A DNA stretch of 38,383 nucleotides from a virus (Duplodnaviria; Heunggongvirae; Uroviricota; Caudoviricetes): positions 1 through 38,383 of IMG/VR virus record IMGVR_UViG_2711768032_000008, one strand, 5' to 3'. The stretch's first letter is position 1, and every line of letters starts with the position of its first letter. Below are positions 19,166 through 29,478 of the stretch, one piece after another. The notes under the pieces were generated by a model, which saw only the letters and a list, made by a program, of their open reading frames with translations, was not told the origin of the DNA and did not search any database. Position numbers and translations under genes: made by a program.

Positions 19166-19999
19166 TCAGCAATTGGTCAGGGTGCCTGCCGGTGCGTCAC
19201 CACCCGGCGCGCGCTGGCGGTAGTCCTGGCGACTGTCTTCACGGCTCAGCTTCTGCTCAAGCTCAGCAAAGGCGGTCTGCTGCTCCTGCAGGGAAGACTC
19301 CAGCGCGGAAAGGCGTTCACCGTTTTCAGCCAGGGATTTATCGGTGCGTTCGCTCAGGTTCTGCTGCTCAGTAGCGACCAGCTCCACGGCCTGATGCACG
19401 TCAGAGAAACGCGCCTCATCGGTCTGCTCTTTTTTGGTGAACAGCGCGGTGACACGGGCAAACAGGGACGGTTTATCGTCGCGGGTTTCTTCCAGTTCGA
19501 TCGCCGTTTCTTCGGCGGCGGTAAACAGGTTTTCAGGGTTCTGCTTGCGGTTCGCCAGTGGGTTGTGCGTGGCACTGGCGCTGAAGGTCAGCATTTCGGT
19601 GCCGAGACTCGCCGGATCGTCAGTCGCCGCCAGCCCCACAAGATAGGCTTTACCGGTGTCGGCAAACTTCGGGCTGACCTCCATGGAGGTAAACAGCTTC
19701 TGGCCTTTCTTCACCAGCGCCACCAGGGAGTCTGTCGGCTCCACATCGGCGTAAATTGCCATCTTGCCCGCCAGCGGACCGTCCTGGATTTCCTCTGCAA
19801 CCAGCGCCGTCACTTTGCCGTAACGGTTGAAGGCACTGTCCGGGGAGTAAGACTTGATGTGCTCCAGGTTGATCAGCGCGGTGTAGACCGTCGGGTTGTA
19901 GCTGGCAGCCATCTGTTCCAGCCATTCACGCTGGATTTCGCGCCCATCGGTGGTGGCACCTTCCACCCCGATACGGAAACGCTTTGCTTTCACTATCAT
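19166..19999 (-). CDS. O: Capsid scaffolding protein O
   Basis: Start at MIVKAKRFRIGVEG (tracked ORF extends to 20065); resembles P2 gpO from memory. Confidence 0.85.
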   Translation of the reverse strand: MIVKAKRFRIGVEGATTDGREIQREWLEQMAASYNPTVYTALINLEHIKSYSPDSAFNRYGKVTALVAEEIQDGPLAGKMAIYADVEPTDSLVALVKKGQKLFTSMEVSPKFADTGKAYLVGLAATDDPASLGTEMLTFSASATHNPLANRKQNPENLFTAAEETAIELEETRDDKPSLFARVTALFTKKEQTDEARFSDVHQAVELVATEQQNLSERTDKSLAENGERLSALESSLQEQQTAFAELEQKLSREDSRQDYRQRAPGGDAPAGTLTNC

Positions 20000-20075
20000 G
20001 AGCCGTGCTCCGTTAAAAATACTTACTGGAGCCTTATGGTTGCGGTGATGGGGGGCGTGAAACAACGCGCGGCGC

Positions 20076-20093
20076 TTGTAGGGTCAGTCACAC
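20076..20093. promoter_or_regulatory. TGT-N12-ACA dyad in divergent O/P promoter region (Ogr-type element)
   Basis: TGTAGGGTCAGTCACACA; centre about 85 bp upstream of the O start codon (minus strand) and about 56 bp upstream of the P start codon. Confidence 0.45.
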
Positions 20094-20140
20094 AATCCGC
20101 CGCCGGGGAAAGCCGCCAGTCAAGGCCGTAGGCTTGTGTC

Positions 20141-21907
20141 ATGAACACCACACTGACCCCCGCAGACCTCGATCCCCGTAGGCAGGCCATGCTGCTGTAC
20201 TTTCAGGGATACCGTGTAGCCCGCATTGCTGAAATGCTGGGCGAGAAAGTTGCAACCGTTCACAGCTGGAAGAAGCGCGACGAGTGGGGCAAGTATGGCC
20301 CGCTGGATCAGATGCAGCTCACCACCGCCGCGCGTTACTGCCAGCTCATCATGAAGGAGCAGAAAGAAGGGAAAGACTTCAAAGAGATTGACCTGCTGGC
20401 GCGCCAGTCAGAGCGCCATGCCCGGATTGGCAAATTTAACGACGGCGGCAACGAGGCCGACCTTAACCCCAACGTGGCGAACCGCAACAAAGGCCCGCGT
20501 AAGCAGCCGGAAAAGAACCTGTTTACCGACGAGCAGATCGAGAAACTGCAGGAGGTTTTCCACCATTCGATGTTTGCCTACCAGCGCCACTGGTGGGAAG
20601 CAGGCAACCGCCACCGCATCCGCAACCTTCTCAAGTCACGCCAGATTGGCGCGACCTTCTTTTTTGCCCGTGAGGCGCTGATTGACGCCATCACCACCGG
20701 GCGCAACCAGATTTTCCTCTCCGCCAGTAAGGCCCAGGCGCACGTCTTTAAGCAGTACATCATCGACTTTGCCAAAGAGGTGGATGTGGAGCTGAAAGGC
20801 GACCCGATGACGCTCAGCAACGGCGCGTGTCTGTACTTCCTCGGCACCAACGCCCGCACGGCGCAGAGCTACCACGGCAATCTGTACCTGGATGAATATT
20901 TCTGGATACCGAAATTTCAGGAGCTTCGCAAGGTGGCCTCCGGGATGGCGATTCACAAGAAATGGCGCCAGACCTATTTTTCCACGCCGTCCAGCCTGAC
21001 CCACAGCGCCTACCCGTTCTGGTCCGGCGCACTGTTCAACCGGGGCCGCGCCAAAGCGGACAAGGTGGATATTGACCTGACCCACGGCAGCCTGGCCCCC
21101 GGCCTGCTCTGCCCGGACGGACAGTATCGCCAGATCGTCACCGTGGAAGATGCGGTGCGCGGCGGCTGTAACCTGTTCGACATCGACCAGCTGCGCATGG
21201 AGTACAGCCCGGACGAATACCAGAACCTGCTGATGTGCGAATTTATCGACGATCTGGCGTCCGTGTTTCCGCTTAGCGAGCTGCAGGCATGCATGGTGGA
21301 TAGCTGGGAGGTCTGGACTGATTTTCACGCACTGGCGCTGCGACCGTTTGGCTGGCGCGAAGTGTGGATCGGCTATGACCCGGCGAAAGGCACACAGAAC
21401 GGCGACAGCGCAGGCTGCGTGGTGATGGCCCCGCCTGCCGTGCCGGGCGGCAAGTTCCGCATTCTTGAACGTCACCAGTGGCGCGGGATGGACTTCCGCG
21501 CCCAGGCTGACGCCATCAAAAAACTGACCCAGCAGTACAACGTAACCTATATCGGCATCGACTCGACCGGCGTCGGTCACGGTGTTTACGAGAACGTGAA
21601 AGCGTTCTTTCCTGCCGTCCGGGAGTTTGTCTACAACCCCAACGTCAAAAACGCCCTGGTGCTCAAGGCATACGACATTATCAGCCACCGCCGTCTGGAG
21701 TTTGACGCCGGACACACCGACATCGCGCAGTCCTTTATGGCAATCCGCCGGGCTACCACAGCCAGCGGTAACCGCCCAACCTACGAAGCCAGCCGCAGCG
21801 AAGAAGCCAGCCACGCCGATTTGGCCTGGGCAACGATGCACGCACTGTTTAACGAACCGCTGCAGGGCGAATCCGCCAATACCAGCAATATTGTGGAGAT
21901 TTTTTGA
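20141..21907 (+). CDS. P: Terminase large (ATPase) subunit P
   Basis: 588 aa; divergent from O, overlaps Q start; P2 gpP-like. Confidence 0.9.
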   Translation: MNTTLTPADLDPRRQAMLLYFQGYRVARIAEMLGEKVATVHSWKKRDEWGKYGPLDQMQLTTAARYCQLIMKEQKEGKDFKEIDLLARQSERHARIGKFNDGGNEADLNPNVANRNKGPRKQPEKNLFTDEQIEKLQEVFHHSMFAYQRHWWEAGNRHRIRNLLKSRQIGATFFFAREALIDAITTGRNQIFLSASKAQAHVFKQYIIDFAKEVDVELKGDPMTLSNGACLYFLGTNARTAQSYHGNLYLDEYFWIPKFQELRKVASGMAIHKKWRQTYFSTPSSLTHSAYPFWSGALFNRGRAKADKVDIDLTHGSLAPGLLCPDGQYRQIVTVEDAVRGGCNLFDIDQLRMEYSPDEYQNLLMCEFIDDLASVFPLSELQACMVDSWEVWTDFHALALRPFGWREVWIGYDPAKGTQNGDSAGCVVMAPPAVPGGKFRILERHQWRGMDFRAQADAIKKLTQQYNVTYIGIDSTGVGHGVYENVKAFFPAVREFVYNPNVKNALVLKAYDIISHRRLEFDAGHTDIAQSFMAIRRATTASGNRPTYEASRSEEASHADLAWATMHALFNEPLQGESANTSNIVEIF

Positions 21908-22920
21908 TGGGTAAGAGTAAGAAAAACCGCACTGCAGTTAAGCACCGCAGCGGCGCATCCGCAGAAGCATTCAGCTTTGGTGATCCGATCCCGGTTCTGG
22001 ACCGCCGTGAGCTGCTTGATTACGTGGAGTGCGTGCAGATGGACCGCTGGTATGAACCGCCAGTAAGTTTTGACGGGCTGGCGCGCACCTACCGTGCGGC
22101 CGTGCATCACAGCTCACCCATTGCCGTTAAACGCAACATTCTGACCAGCACCTTTATTCCGCACCCTCTGCTGAGTCAGCAGGCATTCAGCCGGTTTGTG
22201 CAGGACTATCTGGTATTCGGTAACGCCTATCTGGAGAAGCGCACCAACCGCCTCGGCGGTATTCTGTCGCTGGAGCCATCGCTGGCGAAATATACCCGCC
22301 GTGGTCTGGATCTCGATACCTACTGGTTTGTGCAATACGGTATGACCACACAGCCCTACGAGTTCACCAAAGGCAGTATCTTTCACCTGATGGAGCCGGA
22401 TTTAAACCAGGAGATTTACGGCCTGCCGGAATACTTGTCCGCCATCCCTTCCGCCCTGCTGAATGAGTCTGCCACGCTGTTCCGCCGCAAGTATTACATC
22501 AACGGCAGCCATGCGGGATTCATCATGTATATGACTGACGCCGCACAGAACCAGGAGGACGTGAACAACATCCGGCAGGCAATGAAAAGCGCCAAAGGGC
22601 CGGGCAACTTCCGCAATCTGTTTATGTACTCGCCGAACGGCAAAAAGGACGGGATTCAGATTATCCCGCTGTCAGAAGTCGCGGCAAAGGATGAGTTTCT
22701 GAACATCAAAAACGTGAGTCGGGACGATATGATGGCAGCACATCGCGTTCCGCCACAGATGATGGGGATTATGCCAAGTAACGTTGGTGGGTTTGGGGAT
22801 GTGGAGAAAGCCAGCAAGGTTTTCGTTAGAAATGAACTTATCCCGCTCCAAAAAAGAATATCGGAAGTTAATGAATGGTTAGGTGAAAATGCTATAACTT
22901 TTGTGGAATATCTATTATAG
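21904..22920 (+). CDS. Q: Portal protein Q
   Basis: 338 aa with recalled similarity to P2 gpQ (e.g. PVLDRRELLDYVEC, HHSSPI, YGLPEYLSA, NELIPLQ). Confidence 0.9.
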   Translation: MMGKSKKNRTAVKHRSGASAEAFSFGDPIPVLDRRELLDYVECVQMDRWYEPPVSFDGLARTYRAAVHHSSPIAVKRNILTSTFIPHPLLSQQAFSRFVQDYLVFGNAYLEKRTNRLGGILSLEPSLAKYTRRGLDLDTYWFVQYGMTTQPYEFTKGSIFHLMEPDLNQEIYGLPEYLSAIPSALLNESATLFRRKYYINGSHAGFIMYMTDAAQNQEDVNNIRQAMKSAKGPGNFRNLFMYSPNGKKDGIQIIPLSEVAAKDEFLNIKNVSRDDMMAAHRVPPQMMGIMPSNVGGFGDVEKASKVFVRNELIPLQKRISEVNEWLGENAITFVEYLL

Positions 22921-22930
22921 AAAAATCTTT

Positions 22931-22960
22931 GAGGTGTTCTTCGAACACCTCTCTTTAAAT
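22931..22960 (+). terminator. Hairpin terminator candidate after Q
   Basis: Perfect 9-bp stem GAGGTGTTC / GAACACCTC with 3-nt loop, followed by a weak T-rich stretch. Confidence 0.45.
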
Positions 22961-23252
22961 CAGCCAATCTAATTAAGCTCTTTAACAAAATTGCGTACAC
23001 GCCTTCTATTCATCTCACTTTCATAAGAAATCACTGTGAGCGCCCACTTAACCTTATCATCTATTATACGATATTTCTCATCACCTCCACATATCTCACC
23101 AAATAGAAGACCTCCTTTTATAGCCTTATACAAATCTTCACCGCGGACCGTTTTAATAATACGATAATAATCTTCAACATAGACACTACATAGGTAATCA
23201 ACATCTTCATGACTCCAACTATGGTCGTTATAAACTCGCAGTAGAACTTCAC

Positions 23253-24656
23253 TTAAGGATCCCTGTTGATTTGTTTTTTTACGTGAAAAGCATTATTAAA
23301 TTTATCGACAAGCTCGCCATCTTCTAATGCGCTGAACAATGACCTGTTTTGCACATTGAATAATTCAATCTCATCGCCCCGCCCCTCAATATAGACATCT
23401 ATAATATGCGATGCCTTACTACCTTCTCCAAAGTCTCGAAAAAAACAAACTAGGTTATCTAAGTTGTTAGGTGTTATAGTTTTAAAGTTATCTAAAAAAC
23501 TTTGATATAATGAATTTATAACTTCAGACTGATTGTTATCAAATGAGTCGCGATATAACCCCCAAGCAATAGTGAAGTTATCTCTAGACTTTCCATCTAG
23601 AACTAACTCATTCATCTTTTTGATTTCATCATCTAGCATTAACTTATTATAATACCCATCCTTAACAGCACTAATAAGGATCCTATCCAAGTCAGATGTG
23701 TTGTGATATTTGTATTTATTGATAATTTCCTTCCAAGCTAGTTTCTTTGAGTCATTGTCTTTTTCATTGTTAAATGAACCATAGAACATAAATTCATCTT
23801 TTTCTATAAACTGTATCGGAGGTACTAATTCATCATCATTAAAACAATAATAGCTCCATGAAAAAAGTACAATAGAATGCATAATGGAGTACAAAATACC
23901 ATCATCCATATTCTTAGTATGAAGATACGCCTCATCGATTAAACGTTCTATTTTTTTTAGCACACGGATATTAGTTATTCCGACACTTGAGGTTAAAGAT
24001 CTCAAATCATCATGAAATCTTTTTTTTCCGTCATACGCGATTTGCGCACACTCATAAGGTGTTGGTTTAAACGTAAATTCAATATCAATTACTTTTTCTT
24101 TATAAGTTTCATAGTCCTTAGTTTCACTAGTCCCATCATTTAATAGCAATACCACTTTGCATTTTTTTTGTTCTTTAAGATGTGAAACCAATCCTAATAC
24201 ATCCTTCAACGGCAATCCATCGCCTTTCCTCTCTAAATCATCTATGCATACTATAATATTTTTTAGAGACATAAATGACAATGCTTCTAAGGCTGGTGCA
24301 AAATCTTTCACATAAGGCATGTTTTTCACAAAGTTCATTGCCTTTCTACCAAAACCCTCTGACAGAGCCAATGCATTTTGTTTAAAAGTTTCAATATTTG
24401 GCTCGATACCAATTGAAGATGTTGGAATCGCATTTTCAAATATAGAATACTTTAAGGCATCAAGAGAGTTCACTCCGAATAATGACACGTATGAATATCG
24501 TTCAAATTCTATATTAACTTCCTGCTTCGCTGTTTGTAAAAAATTATTCCAGCCATAGGTCTTTCCTACACCCCACTTACCTTTTATCGCTACTACCGCT
24601 GATTCTTCATTATTAAGAAAATTAAATATTTGCTCGCGAACTATAGCTATTGACAT
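23253..24656 (-). CDS. KAP-family P-loop NTPase (candidate anti-phage cargo)
   Basis: 467 aa; Walker A GKWGVGKT with the Trp typical of KAP NTPases, Walker B-like IVCIDDLERK; strongly AT-rich compared with flanking phage genes; between cos and Q. Confidence 0.75.
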   Translation of the reverse strand: MSIAIVREQIFNFLNNEESAVVAIKGKWGVGKTYGWNNFLQTAKQEVNIEFERYSYVSLFGVNSLDALKYSIFENAIPTSSIGIEPNIETFKQNALALSEGFGRKAMNFVKNMPYVKDFAPALEALSFMSLKNIIVCIDDLERKGDGLPLKDVLGLVSHLKEQKKCKVVLLLNDGTSETKDYETYKEKVIDIEFTFKPTPYECAQIAYDGKKRFHDDLRSLTSSVGITNIRVLKKIERLIDEAYLHTKNMDDGILYSIMHSIVLFSWSYYCFNDDELVPPIQFIEKDEFMFYGSFNNEKDNDSKKLAWKEIINKYKYHNTSDLDRILISAVKDGYYNKLMLDDEIKKMNELVLDGKSRDNFTIAWGLYRDSFDNNQSEVINSLYQSFLDNFKTITPNNLDNLVCFFRDFGEGSKASHIIDVYIEGRGDEIELFNVQNRSLFSALEDGELVDKFNNAFHVKKQINRDP

Positions 24657-24736
24657 GATCTCATCCTTTTATCTAAGCAAGCAACATAAAGAGCCTGATA
24701 TTATCTCATTTTTTAGAAATGATCCCCTCTGCGCGC

Positions 24737-24756
24737 GCTCGTATCCCCGCCACGCC
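24737..24756. other. Candidate cos (cohesive end) site
   Basis: GCTCGTATCCCCGCCACGCC; reverse complement GGCGTGGCGGGGATACGAGC resembles the recalled 186/P2 cohesive ends (GGCGTGGCGGGGAAAGCAT / GGCGAGGCGGGGAAAGCAC). Confidence 0.5.
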
Positions 24757-24938
24757 TGCCCGCTTTATGGAGTGGTTTTCATGCAGGTGCATGATGGGCC
24801 GGAAATCGCGCCAGTTCTGGCGACTCCGACCCGTTGCGATCCTTTTTGGATCATGCGAATCCATGCACCATAGACATGCACCGCTTATTCAAACCGCAGG
24901 ATGCCATATGGGAGGGAGTTTCCCATGGTGCGAAATCA

Positions 24939-25124
24939 CTAATGCGTACTCTCATCCTGCCCTACTCCATATTCATCCAGCCGGGTAACCAGATCGCTCG
25001 TCAGTTCTGACAACCACGAAATCGCCACCTCTTTATCGTCATCGCTACAGTCTGAACTGGCAACCAGCCGGGCCATAAGTTCTATCCGCTGCAGTGCAAG
25101 TGACTCCATGAACAAATCGTTCAC
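24939..25124 (-). CDS. Hypothetical small acidic protein
   Basis: 61-aa ORF between A and cos; no family recognised. Confidence 0.35.
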   Translation of the reverse strand: MNDLFMESLALQRIELMARLVASSDCSDDDKEVAISWLSELTSDLVTRLDEYGVGQDESTH

Positions 25125-25239
25125 AACTCCCTCCCAATATTACTGTTTATATATACAGTACATCATATGCATTTAAAGCTGAAATAATTTTTTACTCAGC
25201 TAACCCTTTGATTAATAGATAGCCTCATTTCAGACCGTC

Positions 25240-27660
25240 TTAGTACCACTGCCGCCATTTGTCATCCTCCTGCAGACGCTGATCCCGGTAGAAAAGGCGT
25301 AGCCCGGCTCCGGATGGGATGCTACCGCCTCGTAAAAGCAGATCCACTTCCGCATCACTTGCATCAAATCCTCTGGAACTCAGTTCTGCCTCGAGCTGCA
25401 GTCGTTGCTGTTCTGAAATGCTCTGTTTGTATGCTTTTTTCCGCTTCGGTTTTACCAGTCTCAACCTAGCGGTGAGTTCCCACCGTTCCTTCTGGCTCAT
25501 GTTGTGCAAGTAATCCTGCAACTCCTTCTCATCCATGGATTTAATATCGGGTAAATCCCCTTCTGCCTGGTTCAAATTTTCAACAGGGGGACAGTTATTG
25601 CCACGAGTCCAAGGGGCGCAAGCGCCCTGGTCGGCTGTCGCCTCCTGAACGTCAACGGCCTTGCGAACCATTTTCCACTTCACCGCGTGCGTGCAAATCT
25701 TGCCCTCTGCAATCGGGGACCAGATGCCATAAATACGGATACCGTGATCGCCGTAGGCGCTCGGCTCGTCGTTAAGCTCGTAGGCCGTTCTGACAAGGTG
25801 ATGTTTGCGGGGAACCAGCACGCCACCCTGTTTCATAATGTAGGTGGCAAAGCAGCCCGCATCAGCAGCAGCCAGTACCGCATCCAGACGCGGGTTATCC
25901 AGTACCGGCGCGCCCGCTTTGCGCTCGCCCTGCACTCTGGCGGCCTGACCAGCCAGCAAACGCAGCTCGCGGTATGCCTGGCGCCCCGGAATACCAAAGA
26001 AGCGAAACTGTTGGACGCGATGCAGTGACGCCCATGCACTAACATGCTCGGCGCTGTCGCGCAGCGATCTGCCGGTTTCTTTGCTGATTTCTTTAGCCAG
26101 TCCGCGCCCGTCAATATTCTTGCTGATGTATTTGGCGATATAGCTGGTCGGCGTGCCCTTACGCGGGTTGATAAGCTCGGATTTGAAGCGCGGCCCCGTG
26201 TTGTTGCCCAGCTCCTCGCGGTCTTCACGAATGGCAAATTTACGCAGCAGCGCGGTAATGGATCGACGGTCTTTTTTGCGCATGAAGCACAGCAGGTGCC
26301 AGTGCACGGTACCGTCATGGTGCGGTTCTGCAACGCGGACGCCATACCAGCGCAGCCCGGCTTTGTGCATTGCCTTGCGGAAAGCGGCGAACGTATCAAC
26401 CAGGTAATCACTGCTCTGGCGGACTGTGGCGCTGGTCCACTTCGGATTTGGTCTGCCGTTGTTAAGGGTTGCGTGGAAGCGTGACGGGCAGGTGATGGTA
26501 TAGAACACAGCGCAGTCTCCGCGCATTTCCGCGATCAGCTCCAGCCCTTTCACACAGGCCATCATTTCATTACGACGGTGCGCCGGGTTGCTGCTGCTGG
26601 CGTTCACCACGTCTTCCATATCCAGCGTGTCGCCGTCTGCATTAACCAGCTCGTGCGACTGGAAAAACTCCAGCGATTTGCGGCGCTGCTCGCGTTTGTG
26701 GATCACGGTTTCATAGCTGACATACGGCGATGCTTTCTTGTTAACCAGGCATACTGCACGCAGTTGTTCCTCCCGCCATTCACAGCGCATCTGCCACAGC
26801 TTGCGATACCACCAGTCTGCGCACAGCATACGTGCAAGCGAAGGTGGGATAAGCTCATAAGGCACGGGTTTACGGCGGCGTTTCTTGCGGCGCAGTTTCT
26901 CAAATGCAGGTGGTATAACTTCAAGTCGCATAGTTTCTGCAGCGACTTTTTCCCATGTCTGCCTGATTTCTTCCAGTTCTACATCATCACTTGCAGACAG
27001 ATCGCCCCAACCCGCATCAAGACACATGCTCATGTGTGCCGCAACCAGCGTGGAAAGACGTTTGACCTGATCCTGATTCATTTCGGGCAGAACCAGCAGC
27101 CCCTCCAGTCCATCATGGCTCGCCATGAACCGGAATGAAGCAGACACCTGACTATCACGCACGCACTCCAGCCGTTCAATACACGGTCTGATAGTTTCGC
27201 GCAGGTAGCGGGAATACGCTTTCGGGCGTCCCAGGCTATGGAAGTATTTAATCCGCTCCAGCAAAGGCTTGCTGATATGGGTGGGCATGGCGCTTACATC
27301 AGCCAGGATAACCAAATCGGGGTTAACGCGTTGCTGCTCGCGGGCCATTTTGGCATGGCTAATCAGCCGATCCTGTTCCATTTCACGCTGGACAGGATCT
27401 CTGGATTCATTGAAGAAATAACGTTCCCAGACCTCATCACTCAACGCCTCACGGCGCAGTTGCTCCTGCTCGTTATCAGTAGCGTAAAGAGTGATCAGGT
27501 TTGAAAGCGCAGACTCCGGCGCAACTTCCGCCGGGTCCAGATACGGATTAACCGCTTTTTTTGGGGTATTCCATGGAAAGGCCACGGCGGCCTCGATCGG
27601 GCCGCTTTTGTCTCTTGCTAATTTTAGCGTCACTGGGAGACTCCAAGGCTCACAAAGCAC
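25240..27660 (-). CDS. A: Replication initiation endonuclease A (gpA-like, rolling-circle Rep)
   Basis: 806 aa; HxH-type motif ([10 protein letters not shown]) and downstream YIAKYISK segment; early-region position. Confidence 0.9.
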   Translation of the reverse strand: MLCEPWSLPVTLKLARDKSGPIEAAVAFPWNTPKKAVNPYLDPAEVAPESALSNLITLYATDNEQEQLRREALSDEVWERYFFNESRDPVQREMEQDRLISHAKMAREQQRVNPDLVILADVSAMPTHISKPLLERIKYFHSLGRPKAYSRYLRETIRPCIERLECVRDSQVSASFRFMASHDGLEGLLVLPEMNQDQVKRLSTLVAAHMSMCLDAGWGDLSASDDVELEEIRQTWEKVAAETMRLEVIPPAFEKLRRKKRRRKPVPYELIPPSLARMLCADWWYRKLWQMRCEWREEQLRAVCLVNKKASPYVSYETVIHKREQRRKSLEFFQSHELVNADGDTLDMEDVVNASSSNPAHRRNEMMACVKGLELIAEMRGDCAVFYTITCPSRFHATLNNGRPNPKWTSATVRQSSDYLVDTFAAFRKAMHKAGLRWYGVRVAEPHHDGTVHWHLLCFMRKKDRRSITALLRKFAIREDREELGNNTGPRFKSELINPRKGTPTSYIAKYISKNIDGRGLAKEISKETGRSLRDSAEHVSAWASLHRVQQFRFFGIPGRQAYRELRLLAGQAARVQGERKAGAPVLDNPRLDAVLAAADAGCFATYIMKQGGVLVPRKHHLVRTAYELNDEPSAYGDHGIRIYGIWSPIAEGKICTHAVKWKMVRKAVDVQEATADQGACAPWTRGNNCPPVENLNQAEGDLPDIKSMDEKELQDYLHNMSQKERWELTARLRLVKPKRKKAYKQSISEQQRLQLEAELSSRGFDASDAEVDLLLRGGSIPSGAGLRLFYRDQRLQEDDKWRQWY

Positions 27661-27877
27661 CTCGGGTGTAGTGCTTACCTTTCAGCTCTGCAATTTCCTG
27701 ACAGGTAACGCAGCACTGCACACCCGGGATGGCTCGGCGGCGAGCTGGCGGGATTGGTGCATCGCAATCAACGCAGAGAACACGGGAAACGCCCGGCACT
27801 TTGGCGCGGGCGTTGTGGATGTGGCGCTGGAGATCTTCTTCCACGCGCTGCTGCACGAGGTCCATTGAATCAGCCAT
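27650..27877 (-). CDS. TraR/DksA-family C4 zinc-finger protein
   Basis: 75 aa with [26 protein letters not shown] four-cysteine motif. Confidence 0.75.
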   Translation of the reverse strand: MADSMDLVQQRVEEDLQRHIHNARAKVPGVSRVLCVDCDAPIPPARRRAIPGVQCCVTCQEIAELKGKHYTRGAL

Positions 27878-28113
27878 CAGTGCCAGTCCCCCCGAGATTC
27901 CGCTTCACAGCGCGCAGCTTCGCGGCGCAGTAGCTCTGCTGCCTCCACCCCGTTCATTTCCTTCTGCAGAATATGAATCGCCAACGCTTCCATTCGGATT
28001 GAAACGGCTAAAGCACGATCCTTGCGCTCATCCATACGCGCCTCAGTAAGCAACAGATTGAGGCCTGCATCATCTGGTCCTGTTTTGGTGACACGGGTTT
28101 CAATATTTCGCAT
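27877..28113 (-). CDS. Hypothetical early-region protein
   Basis: 78-aa ORF packed between neighbouring minus-strand early genes. Confidence 0.45.
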   Translation of the reverse strand: MRNIETRVTKTGPDDAGLNLLLTEARMDERKDRALAVSIRMEALAIHILQKEMNGVEAAELLRREAARCEAESRGDWH

Positions 28114-28180
28114 AGTTGTTTCTCCTGAATTTGGGCAATAAGAAGCCCGGCGGGTTTACGCCATTAATTTCTGTTGTGGA

Positions 28181-28522
28181 TTAATTCGGCATGGTTAGCC
28201 GTTTGGGAAATAAGCTCACCACTGCACGAAAATGATTCATTGCTTTAATCAGCTCCCGCGTTTCGTCAGTGGTCAGCTCATTAATTTTGACGCTGTGACG
28301 TTCTGCCGGAATTTTTGCCATATAAAATATGGCTGCCAGTGCCCTCTCATTCTGTTTATTGTTAACGTCCCTTGGGTCACGCATATCCTCAATAAATCTT
28401 TCAAGCTCCGACTCAATATTCAGGCCAAACACTTTTGCTCGTAATTCCGCAATATGGTTCAGTCCGTCCAGGCGTTTACCGGGGCTTAATGGAACAGTCG
28501 CCGCAGCGCCTTCGATAGCCAT
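28181..28522 (-). CDS. Hypothetical early-region protein
   Basis: 113-aa ORF in the 186-like early operon downstream of cII. Confidence 0.5.
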   Translation of the reverse strand: MAIEGAAATVPLSPGKRLDGLNHIAELRAKVFGLNIESELERFIEDMRDPRDVNNKQNERALAAIFYMAKIPAERHSVKINELTTDETRELIKAMNHFRAVVSLFPKRLTMPN

Positions 28523-28692
28523 GTGTTCCCCTTTTTGGTTGTAGACAGTTCAGCCAGCAGCGCATCCTGAGAGCGGCACGGATGCCAGCGCTTGCCATCC
28601 TTCCCCATAATCCAACCATGACCGCAGTGCATTGCAGGACTTGGCTTAACGAGAAGCGATGCAAAAGAAGGTTCTTTAGTCAGCATAACCAC
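28486..28692 (-). CDS. Hypothetical small early protein
   Basis: 68-aa ORF with Cys/His residues, immediately downstream of cII-like gene. Confidence 0.4.
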   Translation of the reverse strand: MVMLTKEPSFASLLVKPSPAMHCGHGWIMGKDGKRWHPCRSQDALLAELSTTKKGNTWLSKALRRLFH

Positions 28693-28693
28693 C

Positions 28694-29203
28694 TCAGATC
28701 AGCCCGAACGAAGCGCCGAGGCCCGTCACGGTATCCACCGCGCTTGCCATCGCCGGATTAACCTGCAAACGCGCATGCAATGAAACTGCAGTGAGTGCCA
28801 TCAAGCGCGTAACAGAGTTGATGCTGTTGATAACATCGCGGCGGCCTGCACTGGTTTTTACATCACCGGATACTGCGCCTGCAGCTACTCGCCCAATCTC
28901 CGCAGTTGCGCTCATGACGTAATGCGGCAGGTTCTCTTTTGCCACTTCATTCAATGGCACACACGGCAGGCAATGGATTTGAGCCAGAAAACCGTCAACC
29001 AGCGTTGAGTCCTCTGTGATATCAGTCAGCAGCCAGATCTCCGGCGGAGTGAGTTGATGTGGTTGGTCTGGGTTCAGTTTGTTGCGCAGAGTCTGGACGT
29101 TCATTCCTGCACGTTCCGCCAGCTTCGCCATGTTGTGACGCAGCGCGAAAGTCCGACAGGAGTCATCAAAGTGCGGATGTTTGGAAATCTTATAATCAAA
29201 CAT
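28694..29203 (-). CDS. 186 CII-like regulatory protein
   Basis: 169 aa; position after apl/cox and recalled similarity to the phage 186 CII family. Confidence 0.65.
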   Translation of the reverse strand: MFDYKISKHPHFDDSCRTFALRHNMAKLAERAGMNVQTLRNKLNPDQPHQLTPPEIWLLTDITEDSTLVDGFLAQIHCLPCVPLNEVAKENLPHYVMSATAEIGRVAAGAVSGDVKTSAGRRDVINSINSVTRLMALTAVSLHARLQVNPAMASAVDTVTGLGASFGLI

Positions 29204-29235
29204 GTAAGCCCCTTAGAAAGTTCTCATAATTGAAC

Positions 29236-29478
29236 TTACTGGCCAACAATGACGCGGAAGTTGGAATGACCGAGGGATTCACGAACCTGGTCGGTTTTGT
29301 ACATCAGATAACGAAGGCTTACGCGACCTTTGTTTTTTTCCTTCTTGACCATGTATTTAGCAAGCTGACCATGGTGGATCTTTTGGTAAACAGAACCACG
29401 GGAAATACCTTCCCACTCCGCGAACTCTGCGGGCGTAGCCATCTCTTTTGGTACACGAATTGAAATATCAGTACTCAT
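29236..29478 (-). CDS. Apl/Cox-like excisionase/repressor (HTH)
   Basis: 80 aa, divergent from cI; HTH-like segment ISRGSVYQKIHHGQL. Confidence 0.6.
   Translation of the reverse strand: MSTDISIRVPKEMATPAEFAEWEGISRGSVYQKIHHGQLAKYMVKKEKNKGRVSLRYLMYKTDQVRESLGHSNFRVIVGQ

Noticed and set aside
17407-19374. 655-aa plus-strand ORF spanning the M-N-O region
   Set aside because: Antisense to three well-supported head genes in GC-rich DNA; low-complexity Gln/His/Arg-rich translation; typical stop-poor antisense artefact.
20636-21841. 401-aa minus-strand ORF inside the terminase large subunit gene
   Set aside because: Fully antisense to P; Ala/Gly/Val-rich translation with no motifs; GC-driven spurious ORF.
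22656-23000. 114-aa minus-strand ORF at the 3' end of Q
   Set aside because: Mostly antisense to the portal gene; the remainder is AT-rich intergenic DNA; no support.
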